In this document: positions 14,501 through 29,500 of the stretch, one piece after another
How positions within the stretch are numbered: the first letter of the stretch is position 1
Layout: every line of letters begins with the position of its first letter
Source: Tubiluchus corallicola
Taxonomy: Eukaryota > Animalia > Priapulida
Direction of reading: 5' to 3'
Length of the DNA stretch: 64,000 nt
NCBI GenBank assembly: GCA_030141605.1
Contig: JAQGDQ010002373.1
Location: forward strand, 219,921-283,920
Notes under the pieces: model-generated
Told to the model about the DNA's origin: nothing
Seen by the model: only the letters and a program-made list of their open reading frames with translations
The model's database searches: none
Program-made: the position numbers and the translations under genes

Positions 14501-17500
14501 ATACAAACACACACACACACCCTCACACATGCAAGCATGCACACACACACACACACACGTATATAAACTTAACAGTTTAATTCTTGCATTGGTGGATAAT
14601 GATAAAATGTTATTCAATAATAGAGCTATCTAGGACATTTCTTCAATTCTTAAATAACAGAAGTATTAGAACCATAACTTATCACAAAAAAGTTAATCTT
14701 TTACATCAAACTTTTATTTTTTACTTCCTCCAAACAGGACTTCTAACAGCCTATGTAATAAACTCCCAGAAATATAATTAACAAGTGCTTCTCCATTGCT
14801 TAATCCAATAATATCATCTTATGCAAGCAGTGCTGATAGGGTGCCGTTGTTTTTCTTAGCCCACGTGAGAATGTATTGGTCAAACAGAGTTTTTATGGTT
14901 CATATCATCTCAGCTGTAATCTTATATTTGCATTCCAATATTTACAATTATAGGATTAAACATTAGCAGAGGCTGAACAGCTCACGCCAACTGGTTTTTA
15001 AAAATGTCTCTGGGGCATTAACTACAACAAAGTTTGAGGTTTGACACTAAACCGGTACAGGGCCAAAGAAACTGTGATGGGGGTGGGAAGATGACCAACA
15101 CCAAATACAATGCAAATAATGAGCATGGCATCACCAAGGTGACAGCCTACGATGAGAAATAATGTGTCAACAGCCGAAATACTGTAATGGAAAACTTCTG
15201 CAAGGGCTGCCACTAATTCACATTTTAGGCCTGTTGTGCTGCCAACACCCATCAAACTACCTGAAAAAATGCTGTTCTCAGAGCTTAATTTGCTACAATA
15301 TGCAGTAGTGGCCAGTAGTTCGTGTACTTGAGAAAGGAAATATTTAAGTGGCAAATAATAGCAAACTCTGACTACTTTAATTGAAAAATGCCTTCTAATT
15401 ATTTGAGTACAGAGTTTTTATTAGTGATGTCGACTTTATTACTCCTGTGCCATGCTGAAGACTGCTCACAGTACTCCGGATGTCCGAAAATGACACAGTG
15501 TCACTGCAGCTTTGGAACAAGGGTGGCCATCACAGAAAAATGTCCACACGTTGCCTGCATCTACCATGACAGCACACAGTTCGAAGCAGCTGTGAGCGAG
15601 ATCGACCGGCCTGTCTACAAACTCATGGTCACCAACAACAACCCCAATGCTACATTTCCCAAGAAGTTTCTGAAGGGAATAGTGGCCCGTCATGTAGAAC
15701 TCAGGGCAAGAAATTTGATGGCAATCAAGGAGAAAACCTTTGAAGGTCTTGACGCTACGAATCTTATAATAAAGGCAACCAATCTCCCACAGATACACCC
15801 AAAAGCATTTTTAAGTCTAAGGGACTTGGAATCACTCAAAATTACAGCTGCCAAGCTTCAGCATTTCAAGTTGGACCTATCTTCACTGTCGAGGTTAAAA
15901 GAGCTTGATCTGTCGAGGAATGGCATAAAAAATATTGACTACATACCATTTCATCAAAATGTTGAGACAAAAAACGTTTTACTGCTGCTATATGGTGAGT
16001 GACAACTATTATGCTACAGCTACTGGTACTACCATAATGATAATGATAACGATATAAGATATACAATAATGGTGACGATAACAACAACAACAATAATAAC
16101 AAAAAACCAGTAAGTACATGTAACTCCAAGTACAAGAAAATCAAGTAATAGCAAATTTTGAAGTTTCATTATGAAGTTCTATCATTTATTAAATTAAAAG
16201 TTCATCTCACAGCTAGGTGGAATTTCTTCACACAATATTAATTGACAATTATTTTTACAAAACAGAATAACTCATTGAGGCTTGAGGGTGTAATGGCTGT
16301 CAATGAGGGTATAGGCTATATAAAAAATACAGCCCATCTAATTTTAAATTATAAGTTGTACATATAATTTACAAAAACTCGTGGTTTAGCCTAATGCAAT
16401 CACCACCAACAGTTTTTTGTTTTCTTTACATTCTTATATTAAACATATTGTAGTTGTGCCAAATACATATTTAAGATTCACTGCACATATGTGGTTTGTG
16501 CTGCACTGTAGCTCTGTATTAGCATAACTGTATGTTTGGGTCACCCTGCAAAAGTAGTGCCAGTGGACCACAAATCATTAAACTTAGGTAAAAATGTCTG
16601 AGGCCTATCGAATGTACCACAATTTTTAAGATCGGTCAAAAAACATCATAACTTGCCTTTAATTTTTCCTTGAGAATTTCGCGTTGACAAAATTGTTAAA
16701 GTTTTGGAAAATTATGCATTACTTTGATGCTTTACCAGTTCTTCTTCACAGCCAAGGGTCCCTCCAACCGATGGGTTTCCCAGCAGATACTGGGGCTGTG
16801 AGGGTGGGTGCAAAGTTTTGCCACTACACTGCTGTTTTGGGGCCATCCAAATATAACGATATCAAGTTTAGGGAGGTAGATGACATGAGATGTGATAACA
16901 CCATTATAACATAATGTAAATAGGTAAGTAAAGTAAAGGTAAAGGTAAATTAAAGGTAAGTAGGTGATTTAGTCATGATATTGTTAACTGACTTCATGTT
17001 TTTTTCACACGTGTGTGCCAGCAGCAGTAGCAGTGCCAGTAGAATGACGCAACCCACTGATGGTTTCTCATTAATTAACAACAGTGATGTTGTTGAATGT
17101 CCTTGGGAGGAGAAAGAATAAAATGTACAAAAAACTACATCGATATCAATATAAGAGGTAGGTAGGTGGTGGGGCATATGATAACACTATTACAACATAA
17201 GGTAGGATAGTCCTCCAAATCGGCCGAAAACTTGATATCGTTATGTATGGATGGCCCCTTTGTAATACTTAGCACATTATCCAGTAGCAACCCAGAAACT
17301 TATTAATAGGGAAACACACAATTGTCTTTATATAATTATAACATTAGATCTTTTAACAACACATTCACTCATTATCAGGAAACCCTTTTGAATGTGACTG
17401 TCGATTACGATGGCTGAGAGAAACCGTCTGGCTTAACGAAGGAGATTATCAGGGCAGCGACCTTGGCGTCTGTGACTCGCCCAAGAAGCTCCGCGAGAAA

Positions 17501-20500
17501 CGTGTGCTCGACCTCAAGCCAGAAATGTTGTCAGATTGTGAACCAAAAAACAAAGACAAAGCTGGATCATCTGGGAGCATTTCAACACTGCACTCAATCA
17601 TAGCAGTGATCTCAGTTATACTACCTGCATGTTTAATCAAATAACCACACTTTTTAACAATAACCTTGGCCTCTCTCACATGCGTGGCATACCATATCTA
17701 CGATTCCATATGTGCTATACAATGCATATAAAACAGTTTTTACTAAAACTTCCTTTGCGTGCCCAAACACTTCTGCATTAGTAGGATACACACGTAGACT
17801 TTCAGAGAGTATTATAGCACATATTTTCACATCTTTATTTTTCTTTTGTGAAAATACTCTGAACTGTTTCTGCTATAGTATATTTATTATGTTGTCCACC
17901 TAAAACCTTTTTCCTCGTTTTTACAACATAACAATGGTTAAACAAGTGATGCAGTCATAACAATCGTAGTCATCATCATCCTTCGCACATTCGAAAATCT
18001 CTTCCTTTCTTCTTGACATAGAACATGGGTAATCAAAAACCTGGTTTCTGCTTTTCAACTCTAAATGGCAGGAAGTATGTCCAGTTAAGTTAGAAAACGT
18101 GAATCTGTCAATAAACTATTACGTTATGCAACGAGCAATGTGCTTATCAGCATTCTCACGCTTCACTCAGTGAATGCACAGAGTTGTAGCTTATGAGAGC
18201 AGAACCATCAAATTCATTATTATCTGCAAATACGTCTAAACTAGATAGTCATTTGGTTCAGTAAGCATACTCAAACTTAAGAGTACTTTGACTGCCTTAC
18301 TAATTATCGTTATGCATACAGGGGCAGTCAGGTTCTAAAGTTAGGAGGGCCAAATACATAAAAAAACTTGACCACACCACACAATTTTCAACATATTGAT
18401 TATAAATTTTAATTTTGTGTTTAAAATCAAAACACGAAACAGAATACAGCTTAAAATTAATTAAAACACAAAAAAGTTTTGCAGTAAGCTTATAAATCTC
18501 AAATTTGGGGCAATTTGATCCTTGATTCTATCAGGCAACCTTGATAAATGAGTTACGTAAATGCACACTCATTTCAAACACAGGAGCCAGATTGGTCAAA
18601 TAAAGTAATGACACCAGAAATTGTTCCAGGGCCATGCGATCAAAAAATATAAAAAATCGACTTTTATTGTGTTTATAGAGTTAATAGAGCTTAAATGTAA
18701 CAGACATAGACTTCTACAAGCAATTAAGGTGTGCAGACATTAGTACAAATGGCTGTAATATGTTAGTGTATGTATGTTAGCGTAAGTTTAAAACAATCCA
18801 AGCCAGCATTTAACAACATGCAGCTTAGTTTTGCCTTTGTTTCTTTAAAAAGTATTTCTGCACAAATCAAAATGTACAGGTGTGGAAAGTGAAAACAAAA
18901 TGAAAGATTATAGTAAATTAAAGTTACTAAGTAAATTGTAAACTGATACAGTAGCAATCAAAATTTTCGCATGTTAGTTCTTAAACACATAGGATTTTTA
19001 CAGGAAGTTTGTAGTTTATAGTAATAATAATTATAAACATTTATTAATCGTTGATTATAATGTATTTACTCATCTTGTTATCATGAAATGTACAAGCATT
19101 AGAAAATAATAATTGTATTGTGATACTGTATGCTTGTTACTGACATGTTCACATGAATTGTGCAATAAACAGAAATAAATTAGTTTGAAATTAATGTTTT
19201 TGTCATATACTGTAAGTAACAGCTAATATTCTTTTTCATTAACTTATATCGCTCATATATTTGTAATCATACTTATACTTATAAACATACAAGATCTAAG
19301 TTCAAAAAATTTGAAATTTTGACAATGTTCCATGTAAACGCTCTCAAATGAGGTAAACCCGAGGCCATTGATCAAATTTTATTCAAGATGAACTAAAGTT
19401 TTCGCCAGTCACTAGTAATCTTAATATTACTAAAAATTCTCTCCCCACATGTAATACACCATACCTTTTGTTAGACTACAAAACAAAGACACTGCAAAAA
19501 TTCTAGAACGTTAAGTATTGGGAGTTTCTCAGGAAGAAAACCATGCATTAATGATGGGTGATTTTGAAGTTGGATTACAAACTTGTTCTTGTAATTTGAT
19601 ATCACGATTAATCTTTGGTGACGCTTTTTTTACCGTTTTAGCAATATTTATCAATGATTGCAGGGAAATATAGCCTGTAAACTTCTTCACAGCTTTCATC
19701 GCTGTCAGCCATTGTTGTACTCGTAACCTATTTCATAGACATGTACATTTGTTAACTACTCTATAGGTCACTATATGCATCACGTGCCAACGAAGTTTCC
19801 AACATAGTGGTTAGCACAAGGTGTAGACGTTGTGTAAGGTGGGAAAAATTAGAAAAAAACACAAAAATTGAGTTTATTTGTACTAACACACTGGCTTTTA
19901 GTCGGTGTGTAACACGTATAGTTTGCTGTCGATTAATGTTGATTAAGTGAATTACTGTTCAGTTACAAATTATATGATTTATACATGGTTGTATTTGGGG
20001 TTAATTCAATTAATCCATTAACCGCCCATCGCTGCCATGTGTTATAACATGGTGCATGATCCAACAACTCAGACAACTAATCCAAATTAAACTAACTCTT
20101 TTGAGAATGTGCACACCACATGTAAAAACAAAAAAATGAAACAAATAAAAGTAAAGACGACAAAAACACAAGAGCAATGTAACTCACCTTTTTGTGCCTG
20201 CTGATGGAGATGCTGACATCAGAGTCAGTGTCAGAAGTGTGGCTTCTTTTTAAATAACTGGGAATGTTCTAACAAAAGAAAATTTAATTGTAGCTGCACT
20301 GGTGAAAATTTCCACATTGCAAAGTACAGTAAGCCCTTGCTTAACGATGCTCTGTAAAAGTTGCTGCTAACGAGACACTGAAAAACTACTTTCTTGGTTA
20401 TGTTCATATCTGTCAGAAAGGAAACAATCCGTAATTATCAATGGTTTTGCATCTGATCTAAAGTGCGTGTATAGGTCCTCTCCTCTTTTTGATATTCATT

Positions 20501-23500
20501 AAAGACACATAGCTGATGGTATTCAGTCCGATATGCGATTACTTACTGACGATACATGCATAAAACATGTAGATGAGTGTCCAAGTGCTACTGGTAACAC
20601 ATTACAGCAAGATCTAAGATCTGTATTACTCAATGGGCTAGGAGATGGTTGGTTACCTTTAATGCAGACAAAACAGAATTAGTTATCTTTTCTCACAAAA
20701 CTCATCCACCATTTCATCCCGATCTGCTTCTTCAGGGGACAAAAATCGGAAATTATATTAAGCATAAACACTTGGGTTTAATTTTAACCAGTAATTTAAC
20801 TTGCAACGTTCATATGCTATTATTTTAGTTAGAGCTTCTAAACGTTTAGACCCATTGCAAAAAATTAACTTCTTTTAGATAGGTGGTCCTTAGACAAGTT
20901 ATACAAATCGTATATTAGACCATTGCTTGAATATTGTGAATGCATTTGGGACAATTGCACAGAAGCGACTGCTCTAGCTGTTGAACAAATTCAGTACCAT
21001 GTTTCATTGGTAGTGTTTGGAGCTGTGTTTGGTACAAGCGGAGAGAAATTGCTGAGAGATCTTTCTTGTGACTCCACGTCACCACAGAAGATACATTCAT
21101 AAAATGTCTTTATTTTATAAAATTGCTAAAGGAGCTTCATCATCTTACCTTACTTCCATACTTACAGAACCTGTTTATGATAGAACCTACTATAATTTAC
21201 GTAATAGTGAAAATTTATCGTTAATTATTTGTATTTCTAACTACTTTCAATCAAGGTTTTTCCCTTCTGGTACAGAAAAATGGAATAAGCTTTCTACTGA
21301 TATTAGAAAATTAAAATAAATTTTTAGCCAGTAAGTTTTAAGAAAGTTCTAATTAAAATTTACTGTATTCCCCTGAAATTTTATTATTTTACAGGTGCAC
21401 GTTTTGCTTCTGAGTTAACCTACATTAAGGTTGGGCACAAATGCTTTAAATTACTCTTTTGTACAAATTCAGCTTTATCACATGCTACTATTTATAACAA
21501 ATGTAATTTGCAAACTGAAGATGTGTTGCATTATTTACTAATATGTCCAATTTACAATGCTATAAGATTACCTTACTCGAGTAAAGTAACTGTCTTAATA
21601 GCCCCGTATGTTAATTTTAATGACCTTTTGACGGTCGATAAAGCTAAACTTTTAGTTGCTGGATGCAATCTGTTTCCAAATTCAATTAATCAAGCTCTAC
21701 GAAACACAAATGTACATTACAAAGACAAAAAGGCAAATACTGTTGATTAAAAATAAAGATTTCATTACTATTATTATATATTTCCGTAAATATATACACA
21801 TTAATATTTTCTCTTGCTAGTCATTATAATCACCACTGCCTTAGCTAGCCCAAACAATAACAGTATACCTTACTTAATGTGTCCACCGATTGCTTATGTA
21901 GATTATTAATAGCTGGGTGTACAACTGGTATACTTTTGTAATATATTCAGAAAAATCTTTGATTAAACAACCTAACTGCTTTATAGATGATTCTGTTAAA
22001 AAATAAATGTCTATAAATTTTTTTAGTTTTTTGCACTTTAGTTACATTTTAGTTTTCACACCTTAGTTACTGATTAGCTTTTTAATTAAACAAATACTTA
22101 TAGTGTAGCTGTAAGCAATAAACCCTACAAAGTGTTTAATTTATAAGCCAAGTGTTATCGGTTTTCCCCTGCAACATAACTGAATGGTTTTATATACCCA
22201 TCCTTTCAGTGATTGTTATTCCCCTGCCAGGAATTGAACCCTTTTGCATAGCACTAGAGATTTTTGCTACTGGAATCCAACACAATGCTTTTACATTCTT
22301 TCTTGGGGAAATCATGGTTTCATCTAGCAATGTTTTGCTTAACAACACTTTTTTTGGGCATCATCATTAAGCGAGGATTCACTGTACCCGAGTAGCTTTC
22401 CGTTTTACAACGCAAGTGTGAAATGTAAATGCATTACAAATGTCTCCAAATTATTATAAAAGTGCAAAACTTGCAAAACAGCTATTTCAATGCATTGAAA
22501 TTTATTACATCATAATTATCAGTGAGTCAGGTGGACTATATCCATTACAACATTGTTAAGTACCCATGCGCGCACGTGCGCAAATATAAACATATACAAT
22601 TAACGTTCATTTAAATCTAGTGCTAATTTAGTACTTAAAGTAAGCAAAGTCGGCATTGAAGGAGAAAAAGATGGCAAATAGTCATTATTGTTAAATGAAT
22701 CATTAATAAACAAAGAGTCATTAAAACAAGGACTTACTATACAGTAGACATATATGTAATATTTGTAAATATATATGTAAGCATATATGTAAATATATAT
22801 ATATATACATATATACATTTGGGAGAGGGAAACAAAATATTTTTGTTTAAGTAGCTTGCAAGTTTTACTTAATAAATTTCATAATTAAACTGTTAAAATG
22901 AACACTTTCAATGCTACGCACTGTTTCACGGTCAATCACTTAGTTTGTTATCAGCACGGATTTTGACTAGAAGTAGCAACTATGCTGTTGTGACGCTTTC
23001 CACATAGTTTCAGGAAAAACTCCCGCAGCTGCTTTATTTTCCAGAAATAGAGGATAATATTTGTCAATGCGCTGATGTTTATTAATATGTCAGCACTCTG
23101 CTTCAATGATTTAAGTTCCAACTCAGTAGCACAGGTAATACCCAAGTGTGCAAAAAAAGCTGCAAAACACAGCAATGATGTTCCAACAGTTGCAAACACA
23201 GATATTGCAGCTTTGATCCGCTCTATTAAATTCAGATAGTTTTGATGACTATCAGGCACTGCATTAGCTAACTGGATTTTATGCTGTAGAACAACTTTAA
23301 ATACACTTGCATAAATGAAGAAGATGACTGAAGATGCTATGGCATATTGTGCAGCAAAATAAAGACAAAATTCGGGGTGAACCTGACGGGCTATGACACA
23401 TTTTGTAACATCCTTAACCTCCGTATTATTCAAAAAGGTAAACCACGATGAAGATGCTATTCCTATGCAAAAAGAGTATATCCAAGACACAAAGATAGTG

Positions 23501-26500
23501 ATAGTGCTATTCAAGTTAGTACTGAGATGGTGATAATGTAGAGGATAGATGATAGCGATGTATCTATCAATTGTCATCAGAACTTCCATGATCAAGCATT
23601 CTGTGAGCAGTCCACACACAACAATACCATTCACTGCACAATGCAGAGCACTAAAGTCGGTAACATAATGCCGCACTATCAACATATGAATGTTGTACAA
23701 AGAAAGTAAGGCACTCGAAATTGCAAAATTTGCCAGGAAAAGATTGGCCGCTGTTCTGAGAAAATTTTTTACCATAATCAGTGCTACAACGCATACATCT
23801 AACCCAATGAGAATGGTCATTAAAAGCATAAAAACAGTAAAATATACTACAGTTAATATTGAACTGAGCTTGTCAGCATCAATATCAGTCACATTCAAGC
23901 TGGTCAGGTTCATAATAATTAGTGAACTATTTGCTTGGTCACCACTAAGGAATGAGAAGTTTTACAAAATTGTCTTAGACGACTCAACAGAAAGCGACCA
24001 ACAACATATCGCTTTAGCATCTCATCAAACTACGATCGTAAAAGCCAGTGCGCAAGCATATTATTATTAGACATCCCTTGCCACAGAGGTCAAAGGAAGG
24101 ACATTTTGGGGGCTTGGAAAAGTTATATGTGATAAAAGGGAATAATCTAACACTGTTAGTGACTTTCAGCTTTATAATCTTAAATTTCCAAAAAAAATTC
24201 ATCTGCGGACTGAAAACTAATGAAATTTTTAGACAACTGATATATTTGATACACGTTGCTCGAAGGTCTTCGCTATAAATTAAAATGTTTTCAGACTATC
24301 ATTTTCACAGTGTTGCACAAGTTAATATATTACAAACATTCTACAAGGGCTTTTCAAGAGACGCTTCATGAAAGCAAGTGTTAATATGCTATATTTTGTA
24401 CAAAATATTCCATACACTTACCTTATTTATAATTCGACTCATTCTTAGTTCAGTAGTACTTTCTGAATCAGATACATCTGGATATGGTGTACTACCTCGT
24501 GTGGGAGACGAATACAGACGTTTAGCCTATATATGGTGGAAATGCATTTTAATGATTTTTCTAACAACACATCCAACAAACAAAATAATTCATAGTTTTA
24601 TCTCTTTAAATTTTCTATTATAGCTTATAAAATGTCTACAAATAAATAAAGGCCAATTATAAAGGCCAATAAACGGGCACTTAAAAACATTTATAGTTAA
24701 AAACAACATAACTTTACTAAAGCTTTTTTACTTCACATTGTTGTATCTCGGCATTTCGTCTAGCACTGGCAAAAAATTAAAAAATTCTCCTCAGTCCAGC
24801 ACTTATGACCATATTTGTGCCTCTGGCCACAAAGCTGATTTTAATAATTTCAGCACTGCGACCAGAAGTACAAATAGCTAGGACTTATTAATAAAAGGAA
24901 GTTTATCTGTGTACCCTTATAAGCCTTCTCTTAATGCACAAATACTTAGCTATTTGTTACTATATCGATTTCTTTGCTTCAGGTCTGCTTAATCATTACC
25001 TATTTGCCAGGTAACTACTGTTAACTACTTAATTAGTGCATAATAGGCTCTACCTATATAAACTGGTTGTATGTTTGTAAAATTTGCCACTAATGATGAC
25101 AGCTGTAGTTTGTCGAAACGTTGGCATGATTTTAACTATGTATAGTAAAAGTTTTAATAAATTGTGTTGTTTTTCATCTACAAATATGGGCCTACTTCAT
25201 AATGTACAGAAAATGCATAATCTCAAAACTATCACAGCAAGCATTGCAATATTAACAAAAAGTACTCCAAAATGTAATTAAGCAAACTACGAGTAGATAG
25301 TAATTACATTCCAACAGAACACCATTAATGACAACTTCTACCAAATGCAATGAATAAAGGAATCTATACCTCCTCGAGTATCTGTCTGCATACTGTGTGC
25401 ACGTGTTCTTCTGAAACTGATTCATCACCATTGTTTTTCTTAATATTCTCTATACATGGATTAAAATATTTCTGAAATGAAAATTGAAGTGAGAATTACA
25501 TATTGTGCTACCCTTCATAAAGGGTGGTGCACGACCTTCGGCTAGGGGAGTACACCAATAATGAGTAGTAGAACAAAATGATGGCTAGTCTATCTTGCCA
25601 TCAAAACTTGAAGTGGATGCCTTATACAAGACTCGCACAAAACGCAAGCTTGAGGGTATGATCAGAGCAGTGACTCAAAGAAGTCAAGATCTTCCAACAC
25701 ATCTTGCAGATGGTTCACAAGCTTATCTGTTGAATACTGACCAAAGGCATGCTTTCCATCATCTTAGCACCCCTCTGCATTTGGTGTGTTTGGCAGGGCA
25801 GAGGTTCGGTGAATTTCCAAGCCATTCAATTCAATCGAAAAAACTAATTCCAGAGAATTTATGTCACTGCTTCTATCATAACTTTCAAGATTGCAGGCAT
25901 TGCAAGACGTATGAGGATTCCACACCAGCAATTGTTTGAACAATGCTCTGATGTAATAAACTGTTCTGTGCAATAATTGTTGTTTTTGTACCCCTAGCAA
26001 AATGTTATGTACAACCCGGCATAAGTGGCCAATTACAAAATTTAAAAAAAATATCGCCACCAAAAGGTAAACCCATCCAAAGCCACAGATTGGTATAAAC
26101 TGAATCTTAGACTACGTTATTTACCAACAAAGCGTGCTAAGGATAAATGAAGCTAATAGCACAGATTAAAGCGCAAACAATTCGCAGCTCATTACAAATA
26201 CAAAGTAAGTGTTTTGTAGTTATCATGGTAGCATCTACTGGTGTGCGTAAATAAATTGAAGACATCTTTGCGTAAAAGTGAATGCTGACTGAGAGATGCA
26301 GTTAAGATTCACAGTATCTTCAAAATGGTAATCATAGAATGATGTGAAGAATAGAGCTATCTAATTTCATTTGGTGCTGTAATGATGTTTGGTTTTAATG
26401 CATTACAAATAGTCAAAAATTACAGAAGAAACAAAAAGTGCATAACAGTGTATATTTTCCTCCTATAAATGAGCCTATAAATTTGAAGTTATCACTTGAG

Positions 26501-29500
26501 TTAAAACAATTTCTTAATATTTACATGTTTCATAGTCATGGTTTTTCACTTGCCGACATTAGTTTTGTGAGTATGTAATGAACATAAAAAGATAATAAAT
26601 TTTGCCATTTTTACAAACTTCCATTTTGAACAGGTTATTGGCGACCTTAAGAGATGAATTTCAATTTATTCTATCACCAAAGAACAACATTTGCATATTC
26701 TGAGAGTTTCCAAAAGATCACTATCATCTAATTAAAAGATTGTTCATAAAACTTACATCTAAGTACGATTGTATCAACTCATCAATGTCTTTATTTATTT
26801 TCTTCTGCAAATTCTGTCGTAGTAAATCAAGCGACTTTGCTGTACTTGTGACGCAGCCAAATCTGTAAATGAATGAGTTAAGTGATAAGAAGCAGTGCCA
26901 TTCACATAATAGTGTATAACATTACAAAGAAGAAACTGCCGTCATATGCTCCAACATCTCAGCTCTCACAGTTTTACTGTGAGTTTCACGATTTTAACTC
27001 ATTTCTTATGGGCTTCATAGTACACCTTGGCTTTCTCAAGGTAAACAAAAAGATCGGTAAATTTCGACTTTAGTGAATAAAACTAAAAAAGAGCGCTGCC
27101 ACATCCCAACTGCCTCTTTAGTAAGCCTATTTTGCATGGAAAACAATTATATTCTGCTGTTCCAAATTAGCGAACCACGAGCCGGTTTCACAAAGCCGTC
27201 ACTAAGTTAACGCCATTGTTAGTACAATCACTAAACTGATAATAAATAATGTTGTTAACTTAGTGATGGCTTCAGGAAGCTGAGCTTTTAAGCTTTTTAA
27301 GGAATCTCTAGTTTTTTTTTACTTTTTTTGAAAAATCTCCAGATATACTGTCTCCTGAAGTTGATAGGTCTGTGTGTTTATCATACTGAAATTAAAACAG
27401 TATCACCATTTTCTTTTACAACTTTTCTTTTGCATTGTTATAACTGTCACACGCTTCCTTCACTACACTAAATTTTAGCTAAATTTAAAAACATTTATTC
27501 AATTGAAAAAAATATTATCATTTTTAATCACAAAAGTAACAGGGATAGAACGAGATAAGGAATAGGGATCAAGACAGGACGAGTAATTTGGGGTTTAAGA
27601 AAAATCCGAGTGACCATAGTGACCCCAATCCCGAACATTCCTAATTGCTAGCCTGCACGTCGAACAGTACTTCAGAAGCGAGTCGCTCAAGGCATGTTTT
27701 TGGTATTCAATCGAAAGAGTTTTTCTATTGTACAACATGGCACCTACTATTTGCCATACAACAGAACACAGAATTTGCAATCAGATGTGGCACATCATTG
27801 TTGGCTAATTTTTACTAATCTAGCAATCTCGCTGTGAGCACACAAAGTACAAAAATCTATGGTAATCAATATAACACAAAGGTGTACAGTCTGACATGGT
27901 ACATTACTTTCATGTATAATAATAATAACAACAACAACAAAATAATTATAATAATATTAATGGACATAATTGGTGGTTAGCTCTACCACGTTATTAAAAA
28001 AATATTTTTAGAAAATATTTAGTTTTGGTATACAATATGGATTCAAGGTGCAAGGTGTTACTTTTTAATGATCATATTTCCAGGCAAGAAGAGAATCTTA
28101 CTTTGCTCTATGCATAGCCATCAGTTGTGACCTGCTGTTTGTCTTGTTTGCCATAGCTGATGCAGGAAAATTATGTAAGTTTTGCAACCTCATACTCACT
28201 GGAATAATCTGTTAAAATAATCAAATTATGTAAACACATAAAAACTAAAAATACAAATAAGCTAAGAAAGAAATGTTTGAATATGTTTTTAACTGTCTAA
28301 GAGCAATTTAGATAACATCACTACACAAACTGGATGTCAAAGCAAATCAAACATGGGTTTTACATGAAAACGTATCCATATCTAAGTCCAAGTGTTCGCT
28401 ATTGTGCGAAAATATGTAACACCTAATTAGCAACGATCACGGCTCCTCGACTTCAGAACATCCTTGCCACATTCAGGTGTTAAACAGGTTAGTATCACGC
28501 TATGTTAGGCAACAGGAATATTCATTAGGGTAGATAAGCACTAAGATTTGCATTACTTAAAATGCTACAAAACTGCCAAAACACGTTAAATCACCATAGA
28601 TGCTCAAACAGGTCAGCAGTGGGAAAACATGCAAGTAAACATTTTTGGACATTTTGCAAGATCTGGACATAATTAACGTTTTAGACAGTAGAAGACAAAG
28701 GAATCAAAAACTGTTTGTTAAAGGGGCTGGCCGGTTAAGAGAGTGTTATTGAAAAGACGTGATAACACTGTTGCACGAAACGGAAAAACATGACGCACTG
28801 ATATATGAAGGAAAAAACAAACAAACTTAATTAGTAACGTGAAAGTACTCTGCGTTATTGTCTACTGCGCACCTAATAGTCACCCCGGTGCATTATGCAA
28901 CACCTCAGCAGTGTTCTCAGCCACCGCAAAAGCTTATTGCCTGTGAACGAAAATGCCACTTTTGTTATTAGTTAATAGTTTAGTGGCCGAACTCAACCAG
29001 CTACATTTTCACATTAAAGCCATAATAAAGTTTCAGCATAATTACCACAAATAATCTTTTTAAAGAATTTAAAATATTAACTGTTACCATGGCAACATCC
29101 TCAGGTTCCTCATCTTCATTCCCACCAGGTGCGATATTTCCAGAAACAAGCCCAGGTAACATGTCATCAGGCCCGACTCTAGGATATTGACAATCTTCCT
29201 GAACGCTGTATAAATGATTGATTTTAAATTATAAGCAGTTAGAAAAAACACTAATTTAATATGTATTCAAATCACTTTATTAAACTTTATAATTAATGTA
29301 ATTTAATTATAGATTTGTTTGTTCTTGTTGTAATTGTATTAAGAAAATTTAACGAAATGATGCATATACATGATACTGCGAAATGATGCATAAACATAAA
29401 ACTGTACAAACACACGTATACACTTTCGAAATTTCTTTCCCCTGCAACAGGAAAATGAAAAATTTTGCAATAGTGAAAAAGTAAGAACTAACTAACGAAT

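Noticed and set aside
7590-17644. Somatic VLR-type assembly, or a functional link to TdT through the host gene's name
   Set aside because: The LRR genes are complete in the germline, there is no array of LRR donor cassettes or deaminase/recombinase here, and DNTTIP1 is a general MiDAC subunit.
25595-26063. Overlapping 114-aa and 99-aa ORFs in a DNTTIP1 intron
   Set aside because: Non-ATG starts, no recognisable domain and no supporting splice structure.
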